DNA of 64,000 nt. Origin: the human T2T-CHM13v2.0 reference genome, Homo sapiens. Of this stretch, positions 27,441 to 42,560 are shown piece by piece. The notes under the pieces are model-generated. The model was not told the DNA's origin. It ran no database searches and saw only the letters and a list, made by a program, of their open reading frames with translations. Within the stretch, counting starts at the first letter, position 1. Each line of letters opens with the position of its first letter. Both the position numbers and the translations under genes were made by a program. Location of the stretch: NCBI RefSeq assembly GCF_009914755.1, contig NC_060926.1; one strand, written 5' to 3'.

Positions 27441-29911
27441 AAAAGGAGAAGAGATGGTAGACGAAGGAGAATTGGGGTAAAAAGGATTTTTCCAACATGA
27501 GAGAATTCATTTTTTTAAGATGGAAGAATTAACATATAATGTAATTTAAAGCCCTTCAATTAAAAAAAACCCTTAATAATATTGTCATTCCTACCACTAC
27601 TTTACTCGCTTGTATAGTTCTTTGTAAGTTTTTGGTGAAGAACTTGTAGATCTTAAGTGGAAACTGATGGAAAGTGGGTTATTTGGTGATTTTAAAACAT
27701 AATTCTTGATTCATATGTGAAAATGTTTTCATAGTTTTCTCTTCAGGAAAAAAATAATCATCTAATAACCCAGATATCAAAGAGTACTATTTGTGATGCT
27801 CATTTTCCACTGTGAGAAGAGCCAGATTTTGCCCCATGTAGAACTGATTCTCATCTATTTACCAGCACAATATAAAGTATTGAAGAGGAGACTGAAAACT
27901 GCTTTTGTTCAGTTCTGGAGATTTATTTCTAGACTAATGAGCACTTCTACTAGGGAAATTGAGTTGATGTTTTATACTTTTTTGGACTCACAGAAGTGAC
28001 GCTTAATAGTAATATGTAAGTTCTCATTTAAAAAGATATTTTGGAATCATGGTTTGTTATCATTATTGCAGTTTAGGGTTTGATGTTGAATCTTCCTCCC
28101 TAACTTGAACTCCAAATATCATAAACCTTGTGAGTAAAGACAATTATTTGGATGCTATGGAGTTGGCAGCAGCTAAACTGGAAGTTAAACATAGTATATA
28201 CTGTGTCAACAAGATGAGGTCATGTTATTACCAAACTCCTTTTAAAAGTAATGTGATAAAATAACTGTAAGGCTGTGAGTTTGCTGTTGAAGAATGTCTT
28301 CACTACCCAACAAATGTGGTGAAGCTGTGGAAGGATTTTTTTATAATCTTTCAATCTAGAGCAATAATCTATCTCTCTGATAAGCCTATTGAATTTTTCC
28401 AGAAAAAATACGTGAGCAAAATGCAAAATAATGCTTCTCAGTATAGAACTGAATAAAGGTGAAATTGAGATCTAAACTATGGAAATCATTTAAAGTTGCA
28501 CTTCTTATAGCAAAAAACTTTTAAAAATGATATGTCATGCTATTGATGAAGCACCTATGGCAAGGTATGCTTAGAGAGAAAATAGAATAAGTTATAAGTT
28601 ATTTGCAAAATTCCCTTATTAACTAACTCTATGCACATCATTATAAAGTGTGCTGACAGGTATTTTGCTTTAATCACAAATGTGCAATGCAGATATCAGT
28701 GTTTGCTGTATATACAGTACACGTATGAGAAAAATATGCTTGACAATTTTTTTTCCAATTGTCACTAAAAACCTATAGAAGAGTTTTTTCATTTAGTTGT
28801 GAGCAGGGATTTAGACTGCAAAAGGCATGTAGGAATCAGTAGTGTCTGAGCACTTAGCTGTGTGTGCAGCAAGAAAGGCTTTGCCCTGCTCAGAGACAAC
28901 ATTCACATCCAACAGTAAACCTCATTTTTTGACTTAGCATTGACAGAGAGTGAAAATTGTGGATCTCCTCAAATCAAGGATACTAACTGTGCACTTTTCC
29001 ATGGTCATACAGTGAAATAACAAGTAAAAGATTTTATTTCGATCATGAAATATGCAGGAAATGAAGAGTAAGATTTAGAACATTTTGTGAAACTAATATT
29101 ACTAATAAAGACCATTTCTATGATTTTAGGGGGCTTGCTCAAGGGTCATGTCTTAGAGATATGTTCAATATTTTGAGTAGACAGCGTTATCACTTTGGTG
29201 CCAAAATACTTTGAAGATAAGAATACAATATTGGAATTTTAGGCTGACTGAATTATAGTGTATATGGCGAATGTACCTTAGGACGGATTTGGCTCTTTCC
29301 AGCATCTTATGATTTTACTAGTTGGAGGAAAATAATTGATCATGTATTAGTGGGCATATCTATCCAAAAATCATATTTAAACTCAAAAACCTGAGGAGAT
29401 AACTTTTCAATCCAAATTTAACCAAAGAGCTGATAAGAATTTGTTTACTTCCATTTTCTAAATTGAAACACTCAGCCTTGCAGCTTTATAGCATAATGTA
29501 CTTATTGGCTTACCATCTGATTCAGTGCTAAAAGCAGACTCCAGTGAAATGATCAAGAAATTCTGGATCCATAGATTGTCTAGAGGTCCAGAACTATGTG
29601 ACAGAAGTTCTAGTTACATGGTCTCATTTCCAAAAACTAAGGTTGTTATTGAAGATCTTTTAATTTTTTTTAAAAATTACAATGGGGAAAAGGAGCTAGC
29701 TGTGTGTGAACCCTCATCTGTGGCTCACACTACCCATCATTCAGATGGCTAAAGAGAACCTTCTTATTAATTTTTTAAAATTATGACATATTTATTATTT
29801 TAAAATTTGCAATGAGACCTTCACAAAATTTACATAACACTGATGGTCTGAGTGAGTATCAAATGCCCAGTCAGTGGTTCCAGATGCTAAATGTTTAACA
29901 CAGCTATAAGG

Positions 29912-32806
29912 CAAAGCTTCCCAAGGAGTGTACTGCAGCCAAGCAAGTGACTCCCAGTGTGCCCTAGTTGTTTATGGTGGTAAAAACTTATTTTTTAAAA
30001 AAAAACACAATCGCTCAGAAATTTACCATGGGTGAAATTTTCTTTTTCTAATATTTGTATGGTTACCTTGTCAAACTTCCTGAATTCAGAAAATATTTCC
30101 GTGGGTAAGACTGTGTAGTCCCCGCTGCCAGAGAGCAGCTCTATAGTGGGAACACAACACAGCCTCTGCCACCTTCCTGTTGAACCATCCCACTGAGTTT
30201 GATTGTTACTGTAAACACTTCCTTTAGGTTTCTAAGACAAACTCAGTTTATCAGCAAAACTCTTTGTTTTGTGTATGTGAGAAACACAAAGAAATCCTTG
30301 TTCAGTTTTTTTTTAATTTCATTTGCTCTTTTTTTGTGTGTTTTCCTTTTGACACAATATTAGGTGTTCCTAAAAAAATAAGCAACAAGATGTTTCTGAT
30401 TATTTTTTCTATCCCTTCTTTCCTCTTTTCCTCTTGTTTGGTTTTTGATGTTACCAACTGGGAAAAATCTGAATTTTAATTGAATTTCATAATTAATTGT
30501 TTTTAAAACTTAAAAAATAATTTTTCAAAGCTTAATTTTCAAATTCAACTTGGGAAATGTAATGTTTAAAATGGTTCTCATGATTTTTTAGACACTGTTG
30601 TGGGTTTGAACCTAAAGAAAGATTATTAAGTCAAATAGAATAACAGATTTAGCATTAGAAATAACATTTCTTTATTAGAAAACATATTCTAATAAAATTA
30701 TCTTGGTAAAGAGCACTGTAGGCTTTCGTAATTTTCAAAGGTCTTTTTGATCCTATATGAGTGTAATTAATGTTTATTTTTTTAATTTTATAATTTTACT
30801 TCTTAAATTAATGAAACCTATATACCAATACTTTATATTTTCTTACCACATCCTTGAGTTTTTAAAAAATTTTAAATCATTTGCTGATATTAAGGTCTAC
30901 AATTCTCTTGAATACTTCATGGTAATATGGATTTAATTTTGACATTTATTTATCTTTTTGCTCATTTATAAGGAAAATTTTCTGTTAAAGCTAGAAAACT
31001 ATCAGATCTATATGGCAAACACAGAAGTCAAAAGAGATGAGAAATTAGGCAGCATAATTAGGATTATCTCAAACTTAGATTTGTAAACTACAGTAATAGA
31101 CCTGTCCTTTTGCCTAAATATCTTATTTGTATAAAAATGTTATCAAATTAACCAGTGGTGTCAAACAAGTTATTTCAACACCTTTTCAGAGATATCCACC
31201 CCACCCAGAAAAGGGTTTGAGCTTTTAAAAGCATTACAAGAACAAAATATGAAACAAATTTCTGTTTTTAGATTAGTATCAGATAAAGAAGCTCAAGAAG
31301 CTAGGAGTGCAAGAACACATAATATCTAACATCAGAATGAATCACTATTGTAGAATTGTGATTTTACCAGCTTGTGTGGAAGTTTTTTATACTACTTGGA
31401 ACCAGAAAAGCAAAAAAAAAAAAAAATCAGTAACATCATTAGTAGACCAACATATTAGATGATATAGATGATCATAATCCAAGACATTATTAAAGTTTTA
31501 TTGCAATATTTAATTGCATATTGATGAATCTATAGACATTAGTAACTGCTAGACAACAGCACTATTTAGAGTCTCTGAGGTGAAATGTCTGGAAGAACTT
31601 TGTTTAGGAAGAAGAAAAAAGAACTCTCTGGGGATTAAATATTCAAGGCAAATGAGGTATTATGAAAATACTTCTTAAAAATGTTTGTTACAACCAAGGT
31701 TTACTCTGATAGCACTGGTATTCAAGTAATATGTTATTTGCAGAGGGACTTCCATATGTAAATGGTTTCCTAAAATTATGAATTACAAATTTAAAAATAT
31801 TGTCAAAATGATGTCCATGATAAAATCCAAGCTATCAACCACATAACCATTTGTTTTTAGCTTTCTACAAAAAACTGAGAACAAATACTATTTTTCGTTG
31901 TTTCATAGTTAAGTGCATTGGCAATCCAAAGGATGAGTTTTATCAAGAATTGGGAAGTATTTTGCAAATGATCCAACTTTGCAGATTTAGTAAAGGTTAG
32001 TTCTTAGTTACACACCTGGGTTACTTAATTGACATTTGACCACCTGAATAGCTTAACTGAAAAATTACGGCAGCTGCCAGGAAATATATTAACACTTACT
32101 GACAAAGATTAGGAATCGACAGCAAAAATTCAACTTGGGAAACGTAATGTTTAAAATGGTTCTCATGATTTTTTAGACGCTGCTGTGGATTTGAACCTAA
32201 AGAAAGATTATTAAGTCAAATAGAATAACTTCTGTGTTTGAGAGAAATCTTCACCATTGTTTCTAAAATCATTACAAGAAATGTCAACACTGCATCAAAG
32301 ACAAGTAACAACTGTTAGAGTTAAAGAGTGGTGGTACCTTTGGTGAATAATTTCAAGAGAACAAGGTATCCAAATTTTGACTAGTCGAAAAGGGAGTTTT
32401 CATCTGTCAGAGACAAAACAATAAATAAATCATCTTCTGCCATTTGCTGCCTGCTACTTTTACAAAGTTTCTTAGGAGTGGTGACTTCAAGAACTTGGAC
32501 AGATCATTCATCATGTCTTGATTAGACATGATGTAGCTACTTCAAAAAAGTTATGGTCACAGCTGTGGTTGCTTATGAGCTAGACATAATTGGAAGTTTT
32601 ATCAAATATTATATCCCTAATTTGGGATAATTATGTCCCAAATTAAAAATTATATAATCTCACATATTATGTGCATTGTGTTTTGTCATATTATATAAAG
32701 AAATTGTAATTAATGTCTTCACCAAGCCCCTGCAGTTTATATCAGTGTGCCTTATAAAATGTTATCATTGCATGGGTTTTATAACATTCAAAGTTTGAGA
32801 AGCATT
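29912..32806 (+). mobile_element. Ancient hAT-Charlie/Buster-type DNA transposon with degraded transposase
   Basis: 31514-31546 translates LHIDESIDISN (the Charlie/Buster LQLDESTD catalytic motif). Later remnants resemble the YL.DIF..LN.L and LLPF..TY blocks. The 3' end is Charlie-like (aaagtttgagaagcattg). Confidence 0.65.
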
Positions 32807-35800
32807 GTGCTAGAGGATTGTAGAATGATTTTCTCCTGCATAAGAATCTGACCTTTGGCTAATCCTGCAGCTGTGTACCCTCAATAACCTAAAAAACGTA
32901 AAATATTGTTTATAGGCAACATTGCTTATGATAAAAATGACATCAATTAGTAAATTATAGCTGCATTAGGAGGAACTAAGAAATAATTATAAATACCTTA
33001 TGGGGAGTCATAGCTTTTGACTTCCCATAGTTCAGATTCTTTTTTTCTGAGCATGTGCCCTGTAGGAATGCTGAAATCTATGCTTATGGGGTTATTGCAA
33101 GAGATGCTGGCTCCTGTGAGTAATAAGGCTTTTAGGCCAGAGTGGCTTTCATATGCACTCAATGTGGATCTCATCTTTTTGCATCTGAGTTGACACCTAG
33201 GGAGAAGATAGCTCCCAGGTGGCTATTAGACTGCTGCAAGGACTCCAATGGGAAAGTAATGTCTGATGCTGCCCTGAAGGCAATAAGTGGTTCCGGGTTT
33301 TTCTGAGTAGATGGATGCCAAATAGAAGTATATGAAAGTCTTGTGAGTTTTAACATTTAGTTGTATCTAAGAAGACCCCTGGTGAGGCAATTTTTAAGTA
33401 TTCCTTTTTCAGGTTGGTATAAAAGGACCCACTGTTGATATTAAAAAATTCTCTCCCTAGTAGATGGTAGGTGTTTTTCATATCTACGTAACCCTTCACC
33501 TCACCATTATTTCAATTATATAAATTCACATTTTGCTGTTTTTTGTTTTGGCCATTGAAATATAAACTTGCTCACACTGATAAGGAACTGTGGGTGCTTT
33601 TATAAGGCATAGTGGGGTACTAAGTCTTTGCGATGTTAATGGGTGAGTACTGCAACATGATAGTATTAACACCAACTATAGTATATGCCAAATCTTGTTC
33701 TAAATGTTTTATATGTATTAGCTCATTTAATCTCCACAGCAACTCTTTAAGGTAGGTAGGATTGATATACCCATTTTACAAATGATGAAAGTCACAGAAT
33801 TAAGTTCACATAGCTAGTGAGTCATGGAGCTGAGATTCAGATTATTTGGATTTTAGAACCCAAGTCCTCATGCACGCCACTTAATATACTCATCCTCATA
33901 ATGACAACTACTCCTGCATTTGTGTCACACACACTGTGTTAGGCATTGTGCCAAGTGCTTTCTGTACATTAGTCTTCTTTCTTCCTCATAAACATCCCAT
34001 TAGAATGGCATTATATGTAGTGGAAAGATAAGAAAATTGAGGTATAGATTAAAGACTTTTCTATTTGATATTGTTTTGTGATTTGCAGTAGGAAATTCAG
34101 AATAATGTCTGATGCTCCCATCTTTCAATTCTATGATTTCATTCTCTGTGCAATGTCAAGTTTAAAGCTATTAAAATCTAACAGATAGTTCAGATTGTAT
34201 GGCGGAGCCTTCCCCCAAATCTGAGCATCTTTTGGGTCCACAGAATGCCATGAAACAGGACACCATGTCTCCTATACCTCAGTGTTTCCCTATGTGTCTT
34301 TCCAAGAACATTAGACCTAAATGATTCTCATTGATAGATGGTTAACAGATGTGTTCTGTGATCATGTAAATTTGAGAAACTTTGTTAAGTCAGTAGTTAG
34401 GATTAGGATTCCAATTAGAATCTTTGAAACACAGGTACATGACTTGGGATATTAGAACTATATCAACTTCTACTTTAAGCTTAGGACATGTTCCTTCTAA
34501 ACAACTAATTTTGGTCTCTGGTTGTTTCTAAACTTGTTAAAAGTACTTTTTAGGCAGCTTTTAAAATCTCACACTAAAGCTCTTTTATCCTTTAAATTAT
34601 ATTACTATTTAGTGGCCAAGAACAGAAAACACAGATGCCAGCTTGAAACCTTCTGAAGTAGAGGCATTCTAGTTTATGTGTGAAGTTATAATTATTTTTA
34701 AAAAAACTTTAGAATTAGGTATATATATTATGCAATAAGGAACAGATCATTTTGAAGCCATATTATCAAAAAAACCTCACCAGGTTGTCTAACACAATGG
34801 CAGTTTTCTTAGGCTAATCTACGAAGAAATTTAAATCTATTAAGTCAAATTTGAGTCAGCAAGTGGAAACACTATGGGCCGTTTGGATTTTCATTTGGAA
34901 TAATCAAAAACCCTCCTTCTGGTTAATCAAACCAGAAATAAAACAAGCATTTCTCTTCCCTGGTTTACATTAGATCTATTTTTTCCCAATACAGTTAGAT
35001 CTAGACTCCAGATTGTCTCCCTACCCTTCCTTCAAACACATGCACACACAAACATACATGCACACACATCCTGGCACTGCTCTGGAGCTATGGTGATTTA
35101 GTGGATGATGGTTTCATTTCATACAAAAATCTGAAGAAACTAGAGCAGTAGCTCTTAGCCTTAGCTGCTCATTAGAATCACCCAGGCTCTACTTCCAGTT
35201 AATTATGATTTATCTGATCAGTCTGTGGTGGAGCCTGAGCAACAGCTTTTCTTTAAAACTTACCAGTTGATTCTAAGATTCAATTAGAGTTATGCATCAT
35301 GGACCTACAGCAGCATTTCTTAAGCCCTAAAAGACTTGCTAAAACACAGATGGTTAAACCCCTAGATGATTTAACAGGCCTAGGGTGGAGCCGGAGAATG
35401 TGCAATTCCCACATTGTGCTCATGCTGCTCTTCCAAGGACCATACATTGAGAAACATTGACCATAGAGCACTCTCCTGGTGATGAAACTTGGAAGTTTCC
35501 TCTTAGTTTTGCTTTTGTTTAATTTTCCAGGTAAAAAAAGAGTTCTTTACCAGATATTTTGCCATCTTTGGTTAATCAAACCAGAAGTAAAGCAAGCACT
35601 TCTCTTCCCCAGGTTAGGTTAGATCTAGTCTCATATTGAGTCATGGCAAGGACCATCATCAAACAGATTGAGGTTGATAAATGCAGAACTCAGGAAGTGG
35701 CCTATTTCTTCCCAAGCACTTGCTTGCTTACCTTTATTCAATGAATACACCCAAATCATAATACTTTAAAACCATGTAATAATGAAAATAGACCACTTAG

Positions 35801-38590
35801 AGTTGTATAGGGCCACAAGAGCTTATCTAATTCAGCCTTAAAGCAGGTAAGGAATAACTCTCTTTCTTGTAGATATCAGAAATTTGAAAGAAGCAGGAGG
35901 TAACAGGGAACAAAGACAGATGTATGCATTCAAGCATGGCCTAAAATGAATATGATGAAGAAATCAGCCTGATTGAAGAGGATGATTTGTGTTGACAGAG
36001 AAGGAACTAATGTGAAACAGGAAGAGAGTGCCACAAATACCTGGGAGAATAACTTGGATTTAATGACAGGAGCAATAAGAGGCTATTCAAGGTTCTTGAG
36101 CACAACAGTCACATGAGGCAAACTATGTTTCTGCAATATTAGTCTGGTAGATTGGTTTAAGGATGAATAGAAGCATTTTCAATCACTGCAGTGTATAACA
36201 GATTGAACTGCTATTTGAAATAACATCACATTGAGGTTTTATTGTTTTGGAAGTCAATGAATTGATTTCAGGAGGAGAAAAAATTTTTTAAACCCCAGAG
36301 GGGTTCTAAGCCCCAAAGTAGGTTCACTTTGAGTTATATCTGAAATGACTAATAATAATAGGACAATGATTGACCTACCACAAGGGCCCCAAAATTCTCT
36401 CAGTTCATGTGGTTATCTCAAATGGGACACACATACTTTTAGAAGTTAATAGAAGTCTTGAAGTCTAAGTTTCATTTAAGATGGATACAGACAGGTTCTA
36501 CTGTAAAATAATTTGACAAGGGACCCCTTGATCTTCATTGAACAGCAAGAAAGCACTACATATATTTTTTGCAAGTATGAGACAGTACAGCATAGTTAAA
36601 TATAATTTTATTTGAGACTTCCATCTCAATCTAATGAGTTAACTATCCAAGGATCTCTAGTTAACTAGATCCTAAAGTCATCTTCTTTATCTGAAATGTA
36701 GGAATTTTATAACACAGCAGTTGAATTTTTAAAAAGTTTTCTTTTTGTTTCTTAAAGGAAGCCTACTTTTTCTGATTATCTCCTCAAAGAAAGGCCTTAG
36801 TGGAACAAACATCCAAAACCACTCTCTAGGAGGCAGCTGAAGTTTGATCCTGAGTGCTAAGAAATGCCGAGGGAGCAGTCATCATCATAGGAGTCGTGGT
36901 TCAACTCCTGAAATGGATAAACACTTGGAGGCAGAGCATTTAGAGCAAAACACACCAGTCCAAGGAGTAGATCTGGGGGATGACCTCTCAGTAATGAACT
37001 GGAAAGTCTAAGAATAGGATTACAGAGAAATGTACATACACTGTCTTTTAAGCAAATCTTTTCCTCACCCTGCGGCCCCTTCTACCTACCGACTGGATTG
37101 GGCTTGAGGGAAGTCCTGTTGATCTTTGGAAAAATAATTCCATTAAAGTAACAGGAAACAAAACCGTTTTTCTGGAACTCTAAGAAGGAATGGATAAGGT
37201 GGATGTGGCCATTGACACACACCATTATAAAGGAAACTTAAAAGAAGAAGAAAAGTGTGGGATTTTAGTTAAGTAGGTGGCAGGGTCAAGAAAAGATTTT
37301 CTATGTGCTAAAGGGACATTCTGCACACTTTTAGATGTGGAGGAAAAGAAACCAAAAAACTAGGGAGAGTTAGAGAAAAGTGAGGTGAAACCTCTCCATC
37401 TCCATTTGGAGGAAAGCATGAGAGAAACAATCAGGGGGAAAAAACATGGTATGTTGAACTTCAAGTGAAGATGTGAGAGGGAGCTTGCCTTGTCTTCACA
37501 TTTTTTTTGTTATTTGCTTTGAAATAAAGTTTGGTGGTTCACAAACATTATTGTGTATCGCAATCACCCAGGCATCTCACTATCCTTGAGTCTTGGAATA
37601 CATAAAGATTCTCATTCTGCGATGGACTCAGAAATCTAGATTCTTAATAAGCACCCCAGATGATTTTGATGCTGATGATCCAACCTTTGAAAGGGCTCTC
37701 GTGTGTTCAGTTGTTCAATGAACAGTACAGATGTGTAAAGAAGGAAAAGACTTGGGGGCTTGAGAATGAAGTTCTGCGATAAGAAGAGAAATACAAATAA
37801 AAGGAATTCCTAAGTGGCACTGAGCACCAAGTTAGAATTCAACATCATGGACCACAGCTACCATCTTCTAGAAGGGCCATCAGTAGCAGATAGATCACAC
37901 AGAGCAAGTTTTCCAGACCTGCACCAGGGCCGTGGTCAGCAATTTGTTCTTGTTTTTAGGTTGCTTTGATGCCTGATGTTAATGAAACATCTGAAGTTTG
38001 TTATAATTTCAGTGGCAAATTGAAGTTTTACATTTTAGAGAGAATCACCCCAAGAATACCCTAATTATATCTTTAGCTATTGACAACGAGAAAAGGAAAG
38101 ACATGTAAAATGTATTCCATATTCCTCACCAGCCCTGTGCAATACCTGGCATTTTTCCAGACATTTCTGGGGTGAGTTAATTAGAACACAGACAAAAAGT
38201 CAGATAGTGGTATCAGGTAAAAGCCGAGCAGGTTGAAGCTTTTCCATGGCAGCCCTGAAGTTGGAGGGACTATTCCTCTCCCACTTCGCACAGCACCATC
38301 AGCCCCCCACATCTCCTTGCAGGCTCACATGAACAGCTGTTGGTTTGGGTTTGCTTTCATTCTGGTCCCGTGTGCCATAATTTTAAAAATATTTTTGTTA
38401 CTCAGTTTTATTAAAATGAAAATAGAAATTAAAAACTAAAAATGATTTATACCAGTGGTTCTTAACTTCTTTTAACAGACCCAAAACATAGAATTTTGTT
38501 CCAATGTCTTAAAAACTTATCGTACATATATACATGAATTTTCCATACAACATTTTCAGGGATTTCATGAATAACTTGAAGGCTGTGTTA

Positions 38591-38930
<340 letters not shown>

Positions 38931-39956
38931 GGACCATGGACTCCAGGTTCAGAATGTAGAGCCAAGGACTGAAAGCCGTGGAAAATAGCTGATTTTCACT
39001 GGAGTGTTCCTAATTTCTGCCTAGTACATGTAAGTTTTGCATAGTTTTAACATAGAAACAATTTAAGGCTTTGTTTTTGCCCTTAACCTTCATCTTGTTT
39101 TACTAAGCTCTCCTAACAGAGAGAAACATTTTAGAAAAATGTTATTTTCCTAAATTCCTAAATATATTTCAATAAGGTGCTATATCATATTTCACACTTG
39201 TTCTATTACTGAATATTTCTTGCATTCAATATTTCAGCATTATAGCTAAAATTACAGAGAATATCGTTTTGCTGTAGGAAAAATTTTATTTTAAGCAGTT
39301 TTAGAGAATCGGCCCTATTTTCATTGCTTCATTTCTTTCTCCTGTCCTTTCTTCTGTTTTTACTCTGTTCTTGCTTCTTTTCTTTACTTGATCAGTTTTC
39401 TGTTAATCATACAGTTGAAGAATGTCCATGACAACAGTTGAAAGAGAGATATTATGAACTAAACAATTTATCAATAATAAATATTTTGTTGGTGATAAAT
39501 TGGGCATATAATATTGGTCTTGATTCTTATCTCACCTAATTAATGTTTCCTTTTATCTTTCTCATAATTCTGTCATTACTTAATAGTGCCAAATTCTTTT
39601 ATGCTATTAATATTGAATAGTTTCTGAAGAGTTAATAATAGCTCCAGATAGTTTTAATGTAGAACTATTAAATTTTATTAATTTATAGTCAATTCATTTT
39701 AATGTAAAAATCATGTAACTGAAATCATCAAGCCAATATTGCCACAGTTGTGAAATCTTTTTAATAAGCACAACTTGTTTAACTCATTTTCTTGAGTAAT
39801 GTATTTAATGTGAAAGTAGTTGGTTAGAATTTTTTAACTTTAAATAATATTTGCTTTCCAGAAATGTTTTATCTCTGTAGAATAAAAAAGCAATGCAATT
39901 GCTTCATTTTGTATTGAATACTTTATTTATTAGTCCCAATTTTTATTTGTTTATAG

Positions 39957-40224
39957 AGTTGTAAGTTATGAGAACATCAATAAAAATGACTACTATACTA
40001 TTAGCCAAAGGGCAGTAACACACATTTATAATGAAGACATTGAATTTATCGAAATTGATCGATGGGAACAGGAATATCTATATCACAGAGAACTCACTAA
40101 GATTCCCATATTTTCACTGTTCCGGAAATGGAAGGCTTTTAGTGTATGGAGGAAGAATGTCCGCTCTAAGAAAATCACTGGATGTCAAAAATCTCTACAA
40201 AAAAATTTGTTCATTGTTAATCCT
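39957..40224 (+). CDS. DNAH6: DNAH6 exon 5
   Basis: Acceptor ttgtttatag|A completes the Lys codon; VVSYENINKNDYYTISQRAV...NLFIVNP; donor CCT|GTATGT; 268 nt. Confidence 0.92.
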
Positions 40225-41614
40225 GTATGTATTTATCATTTATATTTTAAAATAATTACTTACAAAAAAAGAAAGTGTGAATCTATTAAGCTGTTGGTAT
40301 AGACTGTTCTTGAAATCAAATATTTTATATTCTTAAGAGAATTCCCAGTTTTCATCCTGTCTTGTCATTTAGGAGTCTAGCAATCTAGGGGTGTTTCTAC
40401 ATTTTAACTAGGGTTGCAAAATGCAAAAGTATAAGAAGAGAGTTGCACAGGTCCCTTTTGATTAGAAGTCACCTCAGAGTTTTTGGATTTGTGATCCCCT
40501 TTGTTGTTGATTAGGAAAGTTATATGTCATTTTGAGCAGAGTAGGCTGGTAGCCTCTATTACCTCCCCTCATCTTTGAGACACTCTAGATTTTATAGTCC
40601 AAAATAAGTCAGGGCCTTGTTTTCATGGGTCAGTACCTCCTAATATATCATGTATTTCCTTTACAATGGATTTATACAGTAGGAAAATTTTTAATATTTA
40701 CTTTGGACAACAGGGTGATCATGAAAACAAAACTGTGAAAAAGTGTGACCATATTTATAATTTCTATCTATTGAATTTCAACTTGCATTGGAAGTTTCCT
40801 ACTTGGCCCCTAGGAATAAACTGCAATCATCATTACTGTCACACTCAGAGTTCTGGTCCTCAGCTGTCTTATTTCTATGACACTATCTCAAGTTTGCTTT
40901 TTACTAGTCATTTCCTTCACTTTGTATATGATAATATGAAAGACTGTTATCAACATGCCAGTCACACAATAGGGAAACATTCAAGGTCTCTGGCTAACAT
41001 AAATATTAGTACAAGACAAATATATAAGAGGGACTATCTCAAGTCATCCATTCCATTGTGCATTCTGAGTTGTGAAAAAATATTCCAGTCCTTCTTGACA
41101 TGAAACTCAAATTTCATTAAGGATCCATCAGTCATTTGAAGTTATTTTACCATCTTTCATCTTTTACCATGTCTTGAACACTACATATATCATACATTTG
41201 TTGCTAGGTATGTAAAATAGTTCATTCTTGATTTGTCTTTGAAATTACTTCTATCAGTCCTCGAGGCATGTTCTCTTATTTTATGTGCTGACAGTTTTCA
41301 TTCTGTGTCCATCATTCATACCAGTGGTGTTGCGGCCTTTATAGTATCTTCTCTTAAATTTAGTCCCAGCAGACTAGAAAGCTCTCATCCTTTTAAGCAA
41401 GGATTGGCCTAAATAACAGACTCATTGCAGTCGTTTAAATATGTATTAAATGCTATAATCACCCACACACTTACCACTAGTCTTATATTTATAATTAGTT
41501 AACTAGGGCTGATTCCCCTAGACAAGGTTGAAGGGAGACATACGAGTTGTCCTCGTTTTCTTTTTATGATTTTTTTTTAAATAACCAATTTTGTTGGCAC
41601 CTGTGCCTATGTCA

Positions 41615-42560
41615 TTCCCTTATAACAGTTTTGATATATAATTTACATACCATACAATTCACACATCTGAAGTACACAATTCAATTATTTTTAGTATATT
41701 CACAGAATTGATCCACCATTACCACAGTCAATTTTAGAATATATGCATCGCTCCAAAGAAAACCTCATTACCCATTAGTGGTCACTCTCTATTTCTTTCT
41801 GACCTACCTGTCCCTTCCCCCAACTATAGGCAACCACTAATCTACTTTCTATCTCCATAGAGTGGCCTGTTCTGTACATTTCACACATGGAATCATACAA
41901 TACACTTGGCTCTCAGTGTCTTGGGGAACTGGTTCCAGGACCACCCCAGCAAATACCAAAATCCACGGATGCTCAAGTCCCTTATATAAAATGGCACAGT
42001 ATTTGCATATAACCTACAAAAATCCTCCTATATACTTTGTCATCTCTAAATTACTTTTAATACCTAATACAATGTAAATGCTATGTAAATAGTTGTTATA
42101 CTATATTGTTTAGAAAATAATGACCCAAAAAGTCTATTCATCTTTAATATGGACACAAGCATTGTCGACCCTACTAAATTTTTAATCTACAGTTGGTGGA
42201 ATCCATGACTCTGGAACCCGAGGATACAGAAGGACTGTATGTGGTCCTTTATGACTGACTTTTGTTTATTTAACTAATGTTTTCAAGGTTCTTCTTCTAT
42301 GTTGTAGCATAGCATTTTTAAAAGTTGGCAAATTATGTTGGATATGCCTATTTTATTTGTCCATCTATTGATGGATATTTGGATTGCTTCCACTTTTTAT
42401 CTATTATGAATAATGCTGCTATGAGCATGCATGTACAAGTTTTTGTCTAGACATGTGTTTTCATTTTTCTTTGGCACATACCTAGGAGTGGAATTGCTGG
42501 GTCATTAGCAACTTTACGTTTAACCTTTTGAGAAAACATGAAGCAGTTTTCCAAAGCAAC
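41615..42560 (-). mobile_element. Old L1M 3' end, host of MER2
   Basis: L1M 3'UTR motifs ggcaaccactaatctactttctatctccatag and cctaggagtggaattgctgggtcat. Confidence 0.75.
41901..42239. mobile_element. MER2 (TcMar-Tigger) element
   Basis: ataccaaaatccacggatgctcaagtcccttatataaaatggcacagtatttgcatataaccta, flanked by TA. Confidence 0.85.

Noticed and set aside
36637-36672. Short palindrome ctagttaactag with GATC flanks
   Set aside because: A 12-bp palindrome in AT-rich DNA is expected by chance in 64 kb.
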